Of a stretch of 32,000 bases of DNA, positions 1 to 10,571 are shown piece by piece; positions within the stretch are counted from its first letter, which is position 1, and the number at the start of each line of letters is the position of its first letter. Under the pieces are notes generated by a model. The model saw only the letters and a list, made by a program, of their open reading frames with translations. It searched no databases and was not told the origin of the DNA. The translations under genes and the position numbers were made by a program. This stretch comes from Pseudomonas aeruginosa (GTDB lineage Bacteria; Pseudomonadota; Gammaproteobacteria; Pseudomonadales; Pseudomonadaceae): the NCBI RefSeq assembly GCF_001457615.1, contig NZ_LN831024.1:120001-152000 (forward strand). Direction: 5' to 3'.

Positions 1-57
1 GACGCCGGCGAACGCGCCGCCGCGCTGCTCAGCTATCGACGGGTGAGGGCTGCCTGA
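1..57 (+). CDS. 3' end of an upstream CDS (partial; ends ...DAGERAAALLSYRRVRAA*), probably a beta-ketoacyl synthase-domain protein by neighbourhood
   Basis: Open frame from base 1 to TGA at 55-57, overlapping the ATG of the next gene (ATGA-type overlap). Product inferred only from synteny. Confidence 0.5.
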   Translation, partial: DAGERAAALLSYRRVRAA

Positions 58-1217
58 TGGCCAACGAGGTGTACGCCAACAACATGGAGATCTCCTGCAA
101 GGCGGCGAGCGGCAAGTCCATCGCGGCCTTCCCGGATGTCTGCTTCACCCCGCCGCAGGCGCCGCCGACGCCGTTGGGGGTACCGATCCCCTACCCCAAT
201 ACCGGCCTGTCCAAGGACACCACCAAAGGTACCCGGACCATTCGCATCACCCGCAAGGAGGTGATGCTGAAGAACAAGAGCTACTACAAGACCAGCTACG
301 GCGACGAGCCGGGGCGGGCGCCGAAGAAGGGCATCGTCACCAGCAAGATCAAGGGCAAGGTGTACTTCACCTCCTGGTCGATGAACGTCAAGTTCGAAAG
401 CAAGAACGTGGTTCGCCACCTCGACCTGACCACCCACAACCACGCGTCCTTTCCTGGCAATACGCCGGTCTGGCCCTACCTCGACCAGGCCACCGTCGAT
501 GCTGGTGGTGGACCGTGCAGCAATGAAGTGAAGAAGGAGAAGAAGGATTGCGCTGACTTCAAGCCGCATGGCAGCAAGGATGCCTGCGCTGGCCTTGGCG
601 CGGGCAAGCCTTCCGGCAAGAAGACCAGCAACGAAGCTGACCGACTGGCAGACAAGGTCGCTGCCCGAAAATGCCTGACCGCGCGCCGGTGTGCCCTGCA
701 ACCGTACAAGCCGAACAGTTGCTGCCCGCAGCAGACCGCTCACCACCTGATCGAGGCCAGCGCCTTGCACGACAAGGGACGTGGTGGAAAAGGCTCGGTA
801 CCCCTCAAGGGGATATCCAACTATTCGGAGAACAAGGCTCCTTGCGTCTGCGCGGAGGGCGTCAATCAGAACGTGGGTACCCACGGCCTCATGCACACGT
901 TCCAGAGCGCTGCTGCCGCGAAGTCGCGCAGTGGAACCCTGCAATTGTCCAATGGCAGCTCCATCTCCGCGAAGAAGACCACCTACGGAACGGCGAAACG
1001 TCAATCCATGGCTGCCATGGGCAAGGTCTTTCCGCAGTCGAAATGCTCGAAGGAATGTCTGTCCGCTCAGCTCGACAACTATCACAAGCAGTGCGGAATC
1101 AACGCCAGAACACCCATCAAGGCCGTTGAAACCGGCCAGACCGACGTCACGGCTGCGACGCAGGCGATAAAGACCCGCAATGCGCGTCTTGGCGCCACGA
1201 GGAGTCGAGTCCGCTAG
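57..1217 (+). CDS. tse7: T6SS PAAR-like (DUF4150) effector with C-terminal AHH/GHH-type nuclease domain, Tse7-like
   Basis: N-terminus MANEVYANNMEISCKAASGKSIAAFPDVCFTPPQAPPTPLGVPIPYPNTGLSKDT is typical of DUF4150/PAAR-like proteins. C-terminus has CCPQQTAHHLIEASAL plus a downstream GTHGLMH. Followed by an immunity-like gene. Confidence 0.88.
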   Translation: MANEVYANNMEISCKAASGKSIAAFPDVCFTPPQAPPTPLGVPIPYPNTGLSKDTTKGTRTIRITRKEVMLKNKSYYKTSYGDEPGRAPKKGIVTSKIKGKVYFTSWSMNVKFESKNVVRHLDLTTHNHASFPGNTPVWPYLDQATVDAGGGPCSNEVKKEKKDCADFKPHGSKDACAGLGAGKPSGKKTSNEADRLADKVAARKCLTARRCALQPYKPNSCCPQQTAHHLIEASALHDKGRGGKGSVPLKGISNYSENKAPCVCAEGVNQNVGTHGLMHTFQSAAAAKSRSGTLQLSNGSSISAKKTTYGTAKRQSMAAMGKVFPQSKCSKECLSAQLDNYHKQCGINARTPIKAVETGQTDVTAATQAIKTRNARLGATRSRVR

Positions 1218-1238
1218 TGACCGTTACAGGAGATTGAA

Positions 1239-2159
1239 ATGTTGAAGAAACTCTCGCCGATTTTCTCGAACATCACCGGCGTCGTCCGCTATCAGGACCT
1301 GGCGTACGTGGCCTCGGTATCCGACGAGATCCAGGAGCAGAACATAGCGCACAGCTATGTCACGGAGTGGGACTGCGGAACCTGGTGTGTTGCTGGCGAG
1401 GATGACGACATGCTGCCCTGGGAGATCGTGTCGGCCACGGTAGTGCACGAGCCGGTGGAACAAGCATTGTTTCTGGGCGCTCGGGGCCAGGTATTCTGCA
1501 TGGGCTCCGGCGACATCCATGAAGAGCAGTTGCCCGACGGCGACGATGCCATCGGTGGCCGGGGCAATATGCGCGGCGTTGCCTGTATCGACGGGGTGGC
1601 CTATGCCTGCGGGATGGATCGACAGGTCTACCGGCGCTTCGACGAGAACGACTGGCGTGCCATCGACAGCGGCGCTCGGCCTCCGGCAGGCAGCGAAGCG
1701 GTGGTCGGATTCGAGGCCATCGGCGGCTTCGGTGCCAGGGAAATCTATGCCGTCGGCTGGGACGGGGAGATCTGGCAGTACGACGGCAAGCGCTGGCAGC
1801 CCCGGGAGAGCCCGACGAACTTGATCCTGACGGCGATCTGCTGCGCGGAAGATGGCTCGGTTTACGCCTGTGGACAGGCGGGAACGCTGCTGCGTGGACG
1901 CAACGACCACTGGGAGATCATCGCCCAGGACGATGTCGATGAAGACTTGTGGAGCCTCGCGTGGTTCGACGGCGCACTCTACGTGTCGAGCGCAACGGCG
2001 GTCTATACGCTGGTCGGTGGCCATCTCAAGGAGGTGGACTTCGGTGATGAGCAACCCCAACGCTGCTTCCACCTTAGTGCTGCCGACGGCGTGTTGTGGA
2101 GCATCGCCGCGAAAGACATCTTCAGCTTCGACGGCCAGCAATGGACGCGCATAGATTGA
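1239..2159 (+). CDS. tsi7: Cognate immunity protein of the PAAR-nuclease effector (beta-propeller-like repeats), Tsi7-like
   Basis: 306 aa ORF with RBS-like AGGAG upstream. Recurrent blade-like motifs (VYACGMDRQVYRRFDENDW, EIWQYDGKRW, VYACGQAGTLLRGRNDHW, DIFSFDGQQW). Immediately downstream of the effector. Confidence 0.85.
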   Translation: MLKKLSPIFSNITGVVRYQDLAYVASVSDEIQEQNIAHSYVTEWDCGTWCVAGEDDDMLPWEIVSATVVHEPVEQALFLGARGQVFCMGSGDIHEEQLPDGDDAIGGRGNMRGVACIDGVAYACGMDRQVYRRFDENDWRAIDSGARPPAGSEAVVGFEAIGGFGAREIYAVGWDGEIWQYDGKRWQPRESPTNLILTAICCAEDGSVYACGQAGTLLRGRNDHWEIIAQDDVDEDLWSLAWFDGALYVSSATAVYTLVGGHLKEVDFGDEQPQRCFHLSAADGVLWSIAAKDIFSFDGQQWTRID

Positions 2160-3388
2160 GCATCGCAGCGATCGTCGACCAGCACGCCGAGGAAGCCGCC
2201 TTCCTTGCCCTGCTCCGCGACTACGCCGTGCGTGCGCCCCATTACGACCTGGAGGAGCTCGCCGAGCTCGATCAGCGCATCGAGGCGCACCTGGACGGCT
2301 TGGCGATCGCCGGCCAGGCCGGCCATGACGCCCTGCTCGAGCAACTCGACGCGCACGCCCAGGGCGAGGCGTTCGCCCTCGCGGTACTGGCCATGCAGGC
2401 AGGAGACGATGCGTTGATCGGCCGGATGCGCGCCTGTCTTGCGGCGTCTCCGGAAGCCCGGCGCGGTTTCGCCGCAGCCCTCGGCTGGCTCGACTGGGAC
2501 CAGGCGCGGCCCTGGGTGGAGCGCCTGCTGGCCTCGCCCGAGCCGCTGTTCCGCGCCATTGGCCTGGCCGCCTGCGGCATGCACCGGCATGACCCGGGGC
2601 CGGCGCTGCTGTCCGCCCTTGGCCACGCCGACCCGGCGGTGCTGGCGCGCGCCGCGCGCACCGCCGGCGAGCTGCGTCGGCGCGACCTGATGGCGAATAT
2701 TCGCGCCTATCGCGCCCACGATGACCCGAGCCTGCGCTTCTGGGCCAACTGGGCCACCGCGCAGATGGGCGACGAGGAGGCGTTGGGGCCATTGCGTGCG
2801 TTCGCCGGGCAGCCCGGCCCGTTCCAGCTGCCGGCGACCATGGTGCTGCTCGCCTGGCAGCCGCGCGACACCAGCATGGCCTGGATTCGCCAACTGATGC
2901 AGGCGGCGGACACGCGGCGGATCGGCATCCAGGCCACCGGCCTGTTCGGCGATCCGGTGGCGGTGCCCTGGCTGATCCAGCAGATGCGCGACGAGAGTCT
3001 GGCGCGGGTCGCCGGCGAGGCCTTCAGCCTGATCACCGGCGCCGACCTGGCGCTGCTCGACCTGGAGCTGGAGGCCTTGCCCGACTACGACCCTGGCCCC
3101 AACGACGATCCCGACGACGAAGACGTCGCCCTCGACGACGATGAGAACCTCACCTGGCCGGACGCGGCACGGGTTACCGCCTGGTGGCGGGACCACGGCG
3201 CGCGCTTCGTCGCCGGGCGCGCCTACCTGCTCGGCGAACCGCTGGGCGAGGCGCACTGCCGCCAGGTCCTGCGCGACGGCCAGCAACGCCAGCGAATGGC
3301 TGCGGCGTGCCTGCTGGCGCGCTTCGTGCCGAACCTGCCGCTGTTCCCCACCGGTGCGCCGGTGCGCCGCCAACTGGACCTGTTCTGA
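2141..3388 (+). CDS. TIGR02270-type, HEAT-repeat-like T6SS-associated conserved protein
   Basis: ORF 2096..3388 with likely start ATG at 2141 (MDAHRLSIAAIVDQHAEEAAFLALLRDYAVRAPHYDLEELAELDQRIEAHLDGL), overlapping the immunity stop. Helical repeats such as GPALLSALGHADPAVLARAARTAGELRR. Confidence 0.75.
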   Translation: MDAHRLSIAAIVDQHAEEAAFLALLRDYAVRAPHYDLEELAELDQRIEAHLDGLAIAGQAGHDALLEQLDAHAQGEAFALAVLAMQAGDDALIGRMRACLAASPEARRGFAAALGWLDWDQARPWVERLLASPEPLFRAIGLAACGMHRHDPGPALLSALGHADPAVLARAARTAGELRRRDLMANIRAYRAHDDPSLRFWANWATAQMGDEEALGPLRAFAGQPGPFQLPATMVLLAWQPRDTSMAWIRQLMQAADTRRIGIQATGLFGDPVAVPWLIQQMRDESLARVAGEAFSLITGADLALLDLELEALPDYDPGPNDDPDDEDVALDDDENLTWPDAARVTAWWRDHGARFVAGRAYLLGEPLGEAHCRQVLRDGQQRQRMAAACLLARFVPNLPLFPTGAPVRRQLDLF

Positions 3389-3763
3389 TAGCTGGCTGGC
3401 ACCGGGCGGCCAGGTCATGGCCGCTGGCGCGGTGCGCCGGGTTTTCCCATTCGACGAATTTCCCTGCACGTAGCCAACCGGTTGACTGAAACCTTTCACC
3501 ACTTATGCGGGGCGAATGGAAATGCCACTCGTTTGCCATGATAGCCTGTCGACATCCTCTGGAAATATCGTGAAAAAAGCTGGCAACGTGCGAGATAGAG
3601 GGATTTTTTAATTTATGGTTAAGCTTCGGGCATTAGCGTTGAGCACCAGAAGTGACCGATCGGTCACGTAGGTCGCTCTGCGTTTGTTGTGCCTTTTTCC
3701 TATGGGGAAAGCGTCGGCAGACGTGGGAAAATTCAATCGATCCACTCATCGAGGTTCCGAACC

Positions 3764-4491
3764 ATGCCAGACCGTATGCGGGGCGTTAAGTCCGATTCTC
3801 CAGAGCAGGAAAGCGCTGACGATGCATTGAAAAGGATTGTCGATGGATTCCAGCATTTCCGCCGGGAGGTCTTTCCCGAGCAGCAGGCGCTGTTCAAGAA
3901 GCTCGCCAATAGCCAGCGGCCGCGGGCGATGTTCATCACCTGCGCGGATTCGCGCATCGTTCCCGAGCTGATCACCCAGAGTTCCCCCGGCGACCTGTTC
4001 GTCACCCGCAACGTCGGCAACGTGGTGCCGCCCTACGGGCAGATGAACGGTGGCGTCTCCACCGCCATCGAATACGCTGTGCTGGCGCTGGGCGTGCACC
4101 ACATCATCGTCTGCGGCCACTCCGACTGCGGGCGATGCGCGCCGTGCTCGACCCGCAGACCCTGGAACGCATGCCGACGGTCAAGGCCTGGCTGCGGCAC
4201 GCCGAGGTGGCACGCACGGTGGTGGCGGACAACTGCGACTGCGGCGCCAGCCACGACACCCTCGGGGTGCTCACCGAAGAGAACGTGGTGGCCCAACTCG
4301 ATCACCTGCGCACCCACCCCTCGGTGGCCTCGCGCCTGGCCAGCGGGCAACTGTTCATCCACGGCTGGGTGTACGACATAGAGAGTGCGCAGATCCGCGC
4401 CTACGACGCCAAGCAGGGTCGCTTCCTGCCCCTCGACGGCGAGCATCCGGTGCCGATGGCCACGCCCGCGCCGCGCTACCTGAACTCGTGA
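3764..4491 (+). pseudogene. Beta-class carbonic anhydrase, frameshifted (1 nt missing near 4131/4132)
   Basis: Frame A (3689..4381) encodes [15 protein letters not shown]...CGHSDCG and then turns to nonsense. Frame B (from 4135) continues [30 protein letters not shown]...APRYLNS*. Restoring one base (GGG-CGATG to GGCGCGATG) gives continuous HSDCGAMRAVLD and 242 codons. Confidence 0.85.
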
Positions 4492-4701
4492 TAGCGGCGG
4501 CCGTGCGGGCCGCCGGATAACAACAGCGTTTTCGCGTCACCTTTCGCCGTTCCTGCCATGGACGACCTCTGGGAAGCCCCGTTCCGGGGCTGAACGGGTC
4601 GCTATTACAAGAAAAAACACACTGCGCACACACAACCGGCGCCGGGCCTGGTCCTGGCGTCGCTCCCTCGTCGTGGAAAAAATTCGCAGGAGAACTGTGC
4701 C

Positions 4702-6273
4702 ATGCATGTTTCAAAGGTGTTTCCGTCCCTCCGGGACACGTTGCCGCGGGACCTGATGGCCTCCGTGGTGGTGTTCCTCGTCGCCCTGCCGCTGTGCATG
4801 GGCATCGCCATCGCCTCCGGGATGCCGCCGGCCAAGGGCCTGCTCACCGGCATCGTCGGTGGCCTGGTGGTCGGCTTCCTGGCCGGCTCGCCGCTACAGG
4901 TCAGCGGCCCGGCGGCCGGCCTCGCGGTGCTGGTCTTCGAACTGGTGCGTACCTACGGGGTGGCCATGCTCGGGCCGATCCTGCTGCTCGCCGGCGCCAT
5001 CCAGCTGCTCGCCGGGCGGCTGCGTCTGGGCTGCTGGTTCCGGGTCACCTCGCCGGCGGTGGTATACGGGATGCTCGCCGGCATCGGCATCCTCATCGTC
5101 CTTTCGCAATTGCACGTGATGCTCGACCTGGCGCCCAAGGCGTCCGGCCTCGACAACCTGCTGGCATTCCCCCAGGCGGCGTTCGCCGCGCTCGGTTCGC
5201 TGGGCATGGACAGCGGCCTCGACGCGGCGCTGCTCGGGCTGGGCACCATCGCGGTGATGTGGGGCTGGGACAAGCTGCGTCCGCAACGCCTGCGCTTCCT
5301 ACCCGGTGCGCTGCTCGGCGTGAGCCTGGCGACCCTGGCCAGCCTCTGGCTGGCGCTGGACGTGCGGCGGGTCGAGGTACCGGCCAACCTCGGCGAGGCC
5401 ATCGACTGGCTACGCCCGGCCGACCTGCTGGCCCTGGCCGATCCCTCCCTGCTGCTGGCGGCGGTGGTGGTGGCCTTCATCGCCAGTGCGGAGACCCTGC
5501 TCTCGGCGGCGGCGGTGGATCGCCTGCACGACGGCCCGCGCTCGGACATGGATCGCGAGTTGTCCGCCCAGGGTGTCGGCAACATGCTCTGCGGCCTGCT
5601 CGGCGCGCTGCCGATGACCGGGGTGATCGTACGCAGCTCGGCCAACGTCAATGCCGGTGCGCGAACCCGCGCCTCGGCGATCTTTCACGGCCTCTGGTTG
5701 CTCGCCTTCGTCCTCCTGCTCGGCAGCCTGCTGCGGCAGATTCCGGTGGCGAGCCTGGCCGGGGTGCTGGTCTATACCGGGGTCAAGCTGGTCGATTTCA
5801 AGGCCCTCGGCAACCTCTCTCGCTACGGCCGGATACCGATGCTGGTGTACGCGGCCACCGCACTGGCCATCGTCTTCACCGACCTGCTGACCGGCGTGCT
5901 GGTGGGCTTCGCCCTGACCCTGCTGAAGCTGGTGCTGAAGGCGGCGCGGCTGAAGATCGCCCTGCGCTACACCGGCGAGCATGAAGCCGAGCTGCGCCTG
6001 AGCGGCGCCGCGACTTTCCTCAAGGTGCCGGCGCTGTCGCGGGTGCTCGACGAGGTCAAGCCGGGGACCACCCTGCACGTACCGATGGATAACCTCAGCT
6101 ATGTCGACCATGCCTGCATGGAGCTGCTCGAGGATTGGGGGCGGATGGCACCGGTGCAGGGCTCGCGCCTGGTGATCGAACCGCGCGCCTTGAAGCGTCG
6201 CCTGGAAGGGCGCCTGCGCGGCAGCGTCGGGTTGGGCGGCGCGCGCAATGGCGGGGCGGTCAGCCCAGGCTGA
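4702..6273 (+). CDS. SulP-family anion transporter (sulfate or bicarbonate) with C-terminal STAS-like domain
   Basis: 523 aa; DLMASVVVFLVALPLCMGIAIASGMPPAKGLLTGIVGG...QVSGPAAGL...; C-terminal DEVKPGTTLHVPMDNLSYVDHACMELLEDW. Confidence 0.88.
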   Translation: MHVSKVFPSLRDTLPRDLMASVVVFLVALPLCMGIAIASGMPPAKGLLTGIVGGLVVGFLAGSPLQVSGPAAGLAVLVFELVRTYGVAMLGPILLLAGAIQLLAGRLRLGCWFRVTSPAVVYGMLAGIGILIVLSQLHVMLDLAPKASGLDNLLAFPQAAFAALGSLGMDSGLDAALLGLGTIAVMWGWDKLRPQRLRFLPGALLGVSLATLASLWLALDVRRVEVPANLGEAIDWLRPADLLALADPSLLLAAVVVAFIASAETLLSAAAVDRLHDGPRSDMDRELSAQGVGNMLCGLLGALPMTGVIVRSSANVNAGARTRASAIFHGLWLLAFVLLLGSLLRQIPVASLAGVLVYTGVKLVDFKALGNLSRYGRIPMLVYAATALAIVFTDLLTGVLVGFALTLLKLVLKAARLKIALRYTGEHEAELRLSGAATFLKVPALSRVLDEVKPGTTLHVPMDNLSYVDHACMELLEDWGRMAPVQGSRLVIEPRALKRRLEGRLRGSVGLGGARNGGAVSPG

Positions 6274-6898
6274 GTTCCACCCCGAGCTGCTTCGACAGGC
6301 ACGGCCACTGCTGCCAGGCGGCGACCACCCGCGGGTTCTTCAGGTTCTCGCGGTAGGCGCGGGCCGAGTCGGCGTCGAAGGTGGTGGCGTCGAGCATGTT
6401 CTCCACCGCATGGTGGACGGCTTCGTCCAGCCGGTTGGCGAAGGGCTCGCCGATCAACTGGTGGGCCACCAGGTTGGCTACGGTGGTGTCCAGTGGGATC
6501 AGTGCCTGGCCGAAGTGGGCGATGTAGCGGTCGTTCACTTCTTCCACCAGGCGGTGCGCCAGGTAGGCTTCGTCGAGCAGGGCGTCGAGGCCGTCGTGGC
6601 CGGCGAGCAACGCCGGCGGGGTGAGGAAGAACTGCTCGGCGACCTTCAGCACCGGCTTGATCCGTTCCTCGATGCCGGCTTCGCGGGCCACGCTGTTGGC
6701 GGCGTCGAGCAGGTCCGGTACCTGTTCGACGTAGGCGTGGACGAAGCGGGTGAGTATGTCTTCCGTGTTCTCGCCTTGCGGCTGGATGGTGCGATGCAGG
6801 CGGGGCAGGCGGCTGGCTATCAGATCAGCCAGGTGACCGTGGCGGGCTTCGCTGAGGTGCGCCTGCTGGATGAGTTCACGGAGGGCAGCGGTGTTCAT
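6260..6898 (-). CDS. Conserved hypothetical protein (212 aa, helical)
   Basis: Minus-strand ORF 6260..6910 with likely start MNTAALRELIQQAHLSEARHG at 6898. Convergent with, and 14 bp overlapping, the SulP gene. Confidence 0.7.
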   Translation of the reverse strand: MNTAALRELIQQAHLSEARHGHLADLIASRLPRLHRTIQPQGENTEDILTRFVHAYVEQVPDLLDAANSVAREAGIEERIKPVLKVAEQFFLTPPALLAGHDGLDALLDEAYLAHRLVEEVNDRYIAHFGQALIPLDTTVANLVAHQLIGEPFANRLDEAVHHAVENMLDATTFDADSARAYRENLKNPRVVAAWQQWPCLSKQLGVELSLG

Positions 6899-7269
6899 GG
6901 GGTCTCCCATACAACGGGGATGGTGAAGAAGAGGAGAAACATAGCCGGCGGCGCGCGCCGGCTAAGACGCGATTGTCATAATCGCTTCGTGGTTATGCGA
7001 GGATGATATATCAGGCGGCCACCATTCGCCTGCAAAGCCACGCCGCTCGCGGCTTTTAGAGAAGAATCGGCACTTTCCAGCGACGTTTTTACGCTGCGTT
7101 GTTATGTCGCAGCCGCTGTCTATACTCCCACTCGAATGCTGAACCTGATGAACCCGGCCTGCCTTGCTGTGTGCCGAGGTGCGACGGTCAAAGTTCGTTG
7201 TCTTGGCGGTCCACCCCTTGGCCGTTGGCGTCTGCCGGCGGGATAAAAACAACGATAAGGGGAACCCGA

Positions 7270-8394
7270 ATGCTGCGACATCCACGAGTCTGGATGGGCT
7301 TCCTTTTGCTCTCGGCGATCAGCCAGGCGAATGCCGCCTGGACGGTCAACATGGCCCCGGGCGCTACCGAGGTGAGCCGGTCCGTCTTCGACCTGCACAT
7401 GACCATCTTCTGGATCTGCGTGGTGATCGGCGTGCTGGTCTTCGGCGCGATGTTCTGGTCGATGATCGTCCACCGCCGCTCCACCGGCCAGCAGCCGGCG
7501 CACTTCCACGAGAGCACCACGGTGGAAATCCTCTGGACGGTGGTGCCGTTCGTGATCCTGGTGGTGATGGCGGTGCCCGCCACCCGCACCCTGATCCACA
7601 TCTACGACACTTCCGAGCCGGAGCTGGACGTGCAGGTCACCGGCTACCAGTGGAAGTGGCAGTACAAGTACCTGGGCCAGGACGTCGAGTACTTCAGCAA
7701 CCTGGCCACCCCGCAGGACCAGATCCACAACCGGCAGGCGAAGGACGAGCATTACCTGCTGGAGGTGGACGAGCCGCTGGTGCTGCCGGTGGGCACCAAG
7801 GTGCGCTTCCTGATCACCTCCAGCGACGTGATCCATTCCTGGTGGGTGCCGGCCTTCGCGGTCAAGCGCGACGCCATCCCCGGCTTCGTCAACGAGGCCT
7901 GGACCAAGGTCGACGAGCCCGGCATCTATCGTGGCCAGTGCGCCGAGCTGTGCGGCAAGGACCACGGCTTCATGCCGATCGTGGTCGACGTCAAGCCCAA
8001 GGCCGAGTTCGACCAGTGGCTGGCCAAGCGCAAGGAAGAGGCGGCGAAGGTCAAGGAACTGACCAGCAAGGAGTGGACCAAGGAAGAGTTGGTCGCGCGC
8101 GGCGACAAGGTCTACCACACCATCTGCGCCGCCTGCCACCAGGCCGAAGGCCAGGGCATGCCGCCGATGTTCCCGGCGCTGAAGGGTTCGAAGATCGTCA
8201 CCGGGCCCAAGGAGCACCACCTGGAAGTGGTCTTCAACGGCGTGCCCGGCACCGCCATGGCGGCCTTCGGCAAGCAGCTCAACGAGGTCGACCTGGCCGC
8301 GGTGATCACCTACGAGCGCAACGCCTGGGGCAACGACGATGGCGACATGGTCACCCCGAAAGACGTCGTCGCCTACAAGCAGAAACAACAATAG
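7270..8394 (+). CDS. coxB: Cytochrome c oxidase subunit II with fused C-terminal cytochrome c domain (caa3-type)
   Basis: Start MLRHPRVWMGFLLLSAISQANA (signal). CuA motif CAELCGKDHGFMPI and heme-binding CAACH in VARGDKVYHTICAACHQAEGQGMPPMFPALKG. Confidence 0.95.
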   Translation: MLRHPRVWMGFLLLSAISQANAAWTVNMAPGATEVSRSVFDLHMTIFWICVVIGVLVFGAMFWSMIVHRRSTGQQPAHFHESTTVEILWTVVPFVILVVMAVPATRTLIHIYDTSEPELDVQVTGYQWKWQYKYLGQDVEYFSNLATPQDQIHNRQAKDEHYLLEVDEPLVLPVGTKVRFLITSSDVIHSWWVPAFAVKRDAIPGFVNEAWTKVDEPGIYRGQCAELCGKDHGFMPIVVDVKPKAEFDQWLAKRKEEAAKVKELTSKEWTKEELVARGDKVYHTICAACHQAEGQGMPPMFPALKGSKIVTGPKEHHLEVVFNGVPGTAMAAFGKQLNEVDLAAVITYERNAWGNDDGDMVTPKDVVAYKQKQQ

Positions 8395-8403
8395 GAGACC
8401 GCC

Positions 8404-9996
<1,593 letters not shown>

Positions 9997-10006
9997 GGAG
10001 CGCGTC

Positions 10007-10561
10007 ATGAGCGATGCCAAGGTCGATACCCGCCGCCTGGTCGGCCGCCTGCTGCTGGTGACCGTGCTGATGTTCGCCTTCGGCTTCGCCCTGGTGCCGC
10101 TCTATGACGTGATGTGCCGCGCCCTGGGGATCAACGGCAAGACCGCCGGCAGCGCCTACAGCGGCGAACAGCAGGTGGATGTCGGGCGCGAGGTGAAGGT
10201 GCAGTTCATGACCTCGAACAATATCGACATGGTCTGGGAGTTCCGCTCCGCCGGCGACCAGTTGGTGGTGCATCCCGGCGCGGTGAACCAGATGGTGTTC
10301 TACGCGCGCAACCCGAGCGACAAGCCGATGACTGCGCAGGCCATCCCGAGCATCGCCCCGGCCGAGGCCGCCGCCTACTTCCACAAGACCGAATGCTTCT
10401 GTTTCACCCAGCAGGTGCTGCAACCCGGCGAGAGCATCGAGATGCCGGTGCGCTTCATCGTCGACCGCGATCTGCCCAAGGATGTGCGGCACGTGACGCT
10501 GGCCTACACCCTCTTCGATATCACTGCGCGGAAGCCGCCCGTACCGGTTGCGGGACGATAA
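10007..10561 (+). CDS. ctaG: Cytochrome c oxidase assembly protein, CtaG/Cox11 family
   Basis: 184 aa; FGFALVPLYDVMCRALGINGKT, KTECFCFTQQVLQPGESIEMPVRFIVD. Confidence 0.93.
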   Translation: MSDAKVDTRRLVGRLLLVTVLMFAFGFALVPLYDVMCRALGINGKTAGSAYSGEQQVDVGREVKVQFMTSNNIDMVWEFRSAGDQLVVHPGAVNQMVFYARNPSDKPMTAQAIPSIAPAEAAAYFHKTECFCFTQQVLQPGESIEMPVRFIVDRDLPKDVRHVTLAYTLFDITARKPPVPVAGR

Positions 10562-10571
10562 GGAGAACAAC

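Noticed and set aside
4033-4446. Programmed ribosomal frameshift as explanation for the split carbonic anhydrase
   Set aside because: No slippery heptamer or clear stimulatory structure recognised at HSDCG; beta-CAs are normally encoded in one frame, so a 1-nt deletion or sequencing error is simpler.
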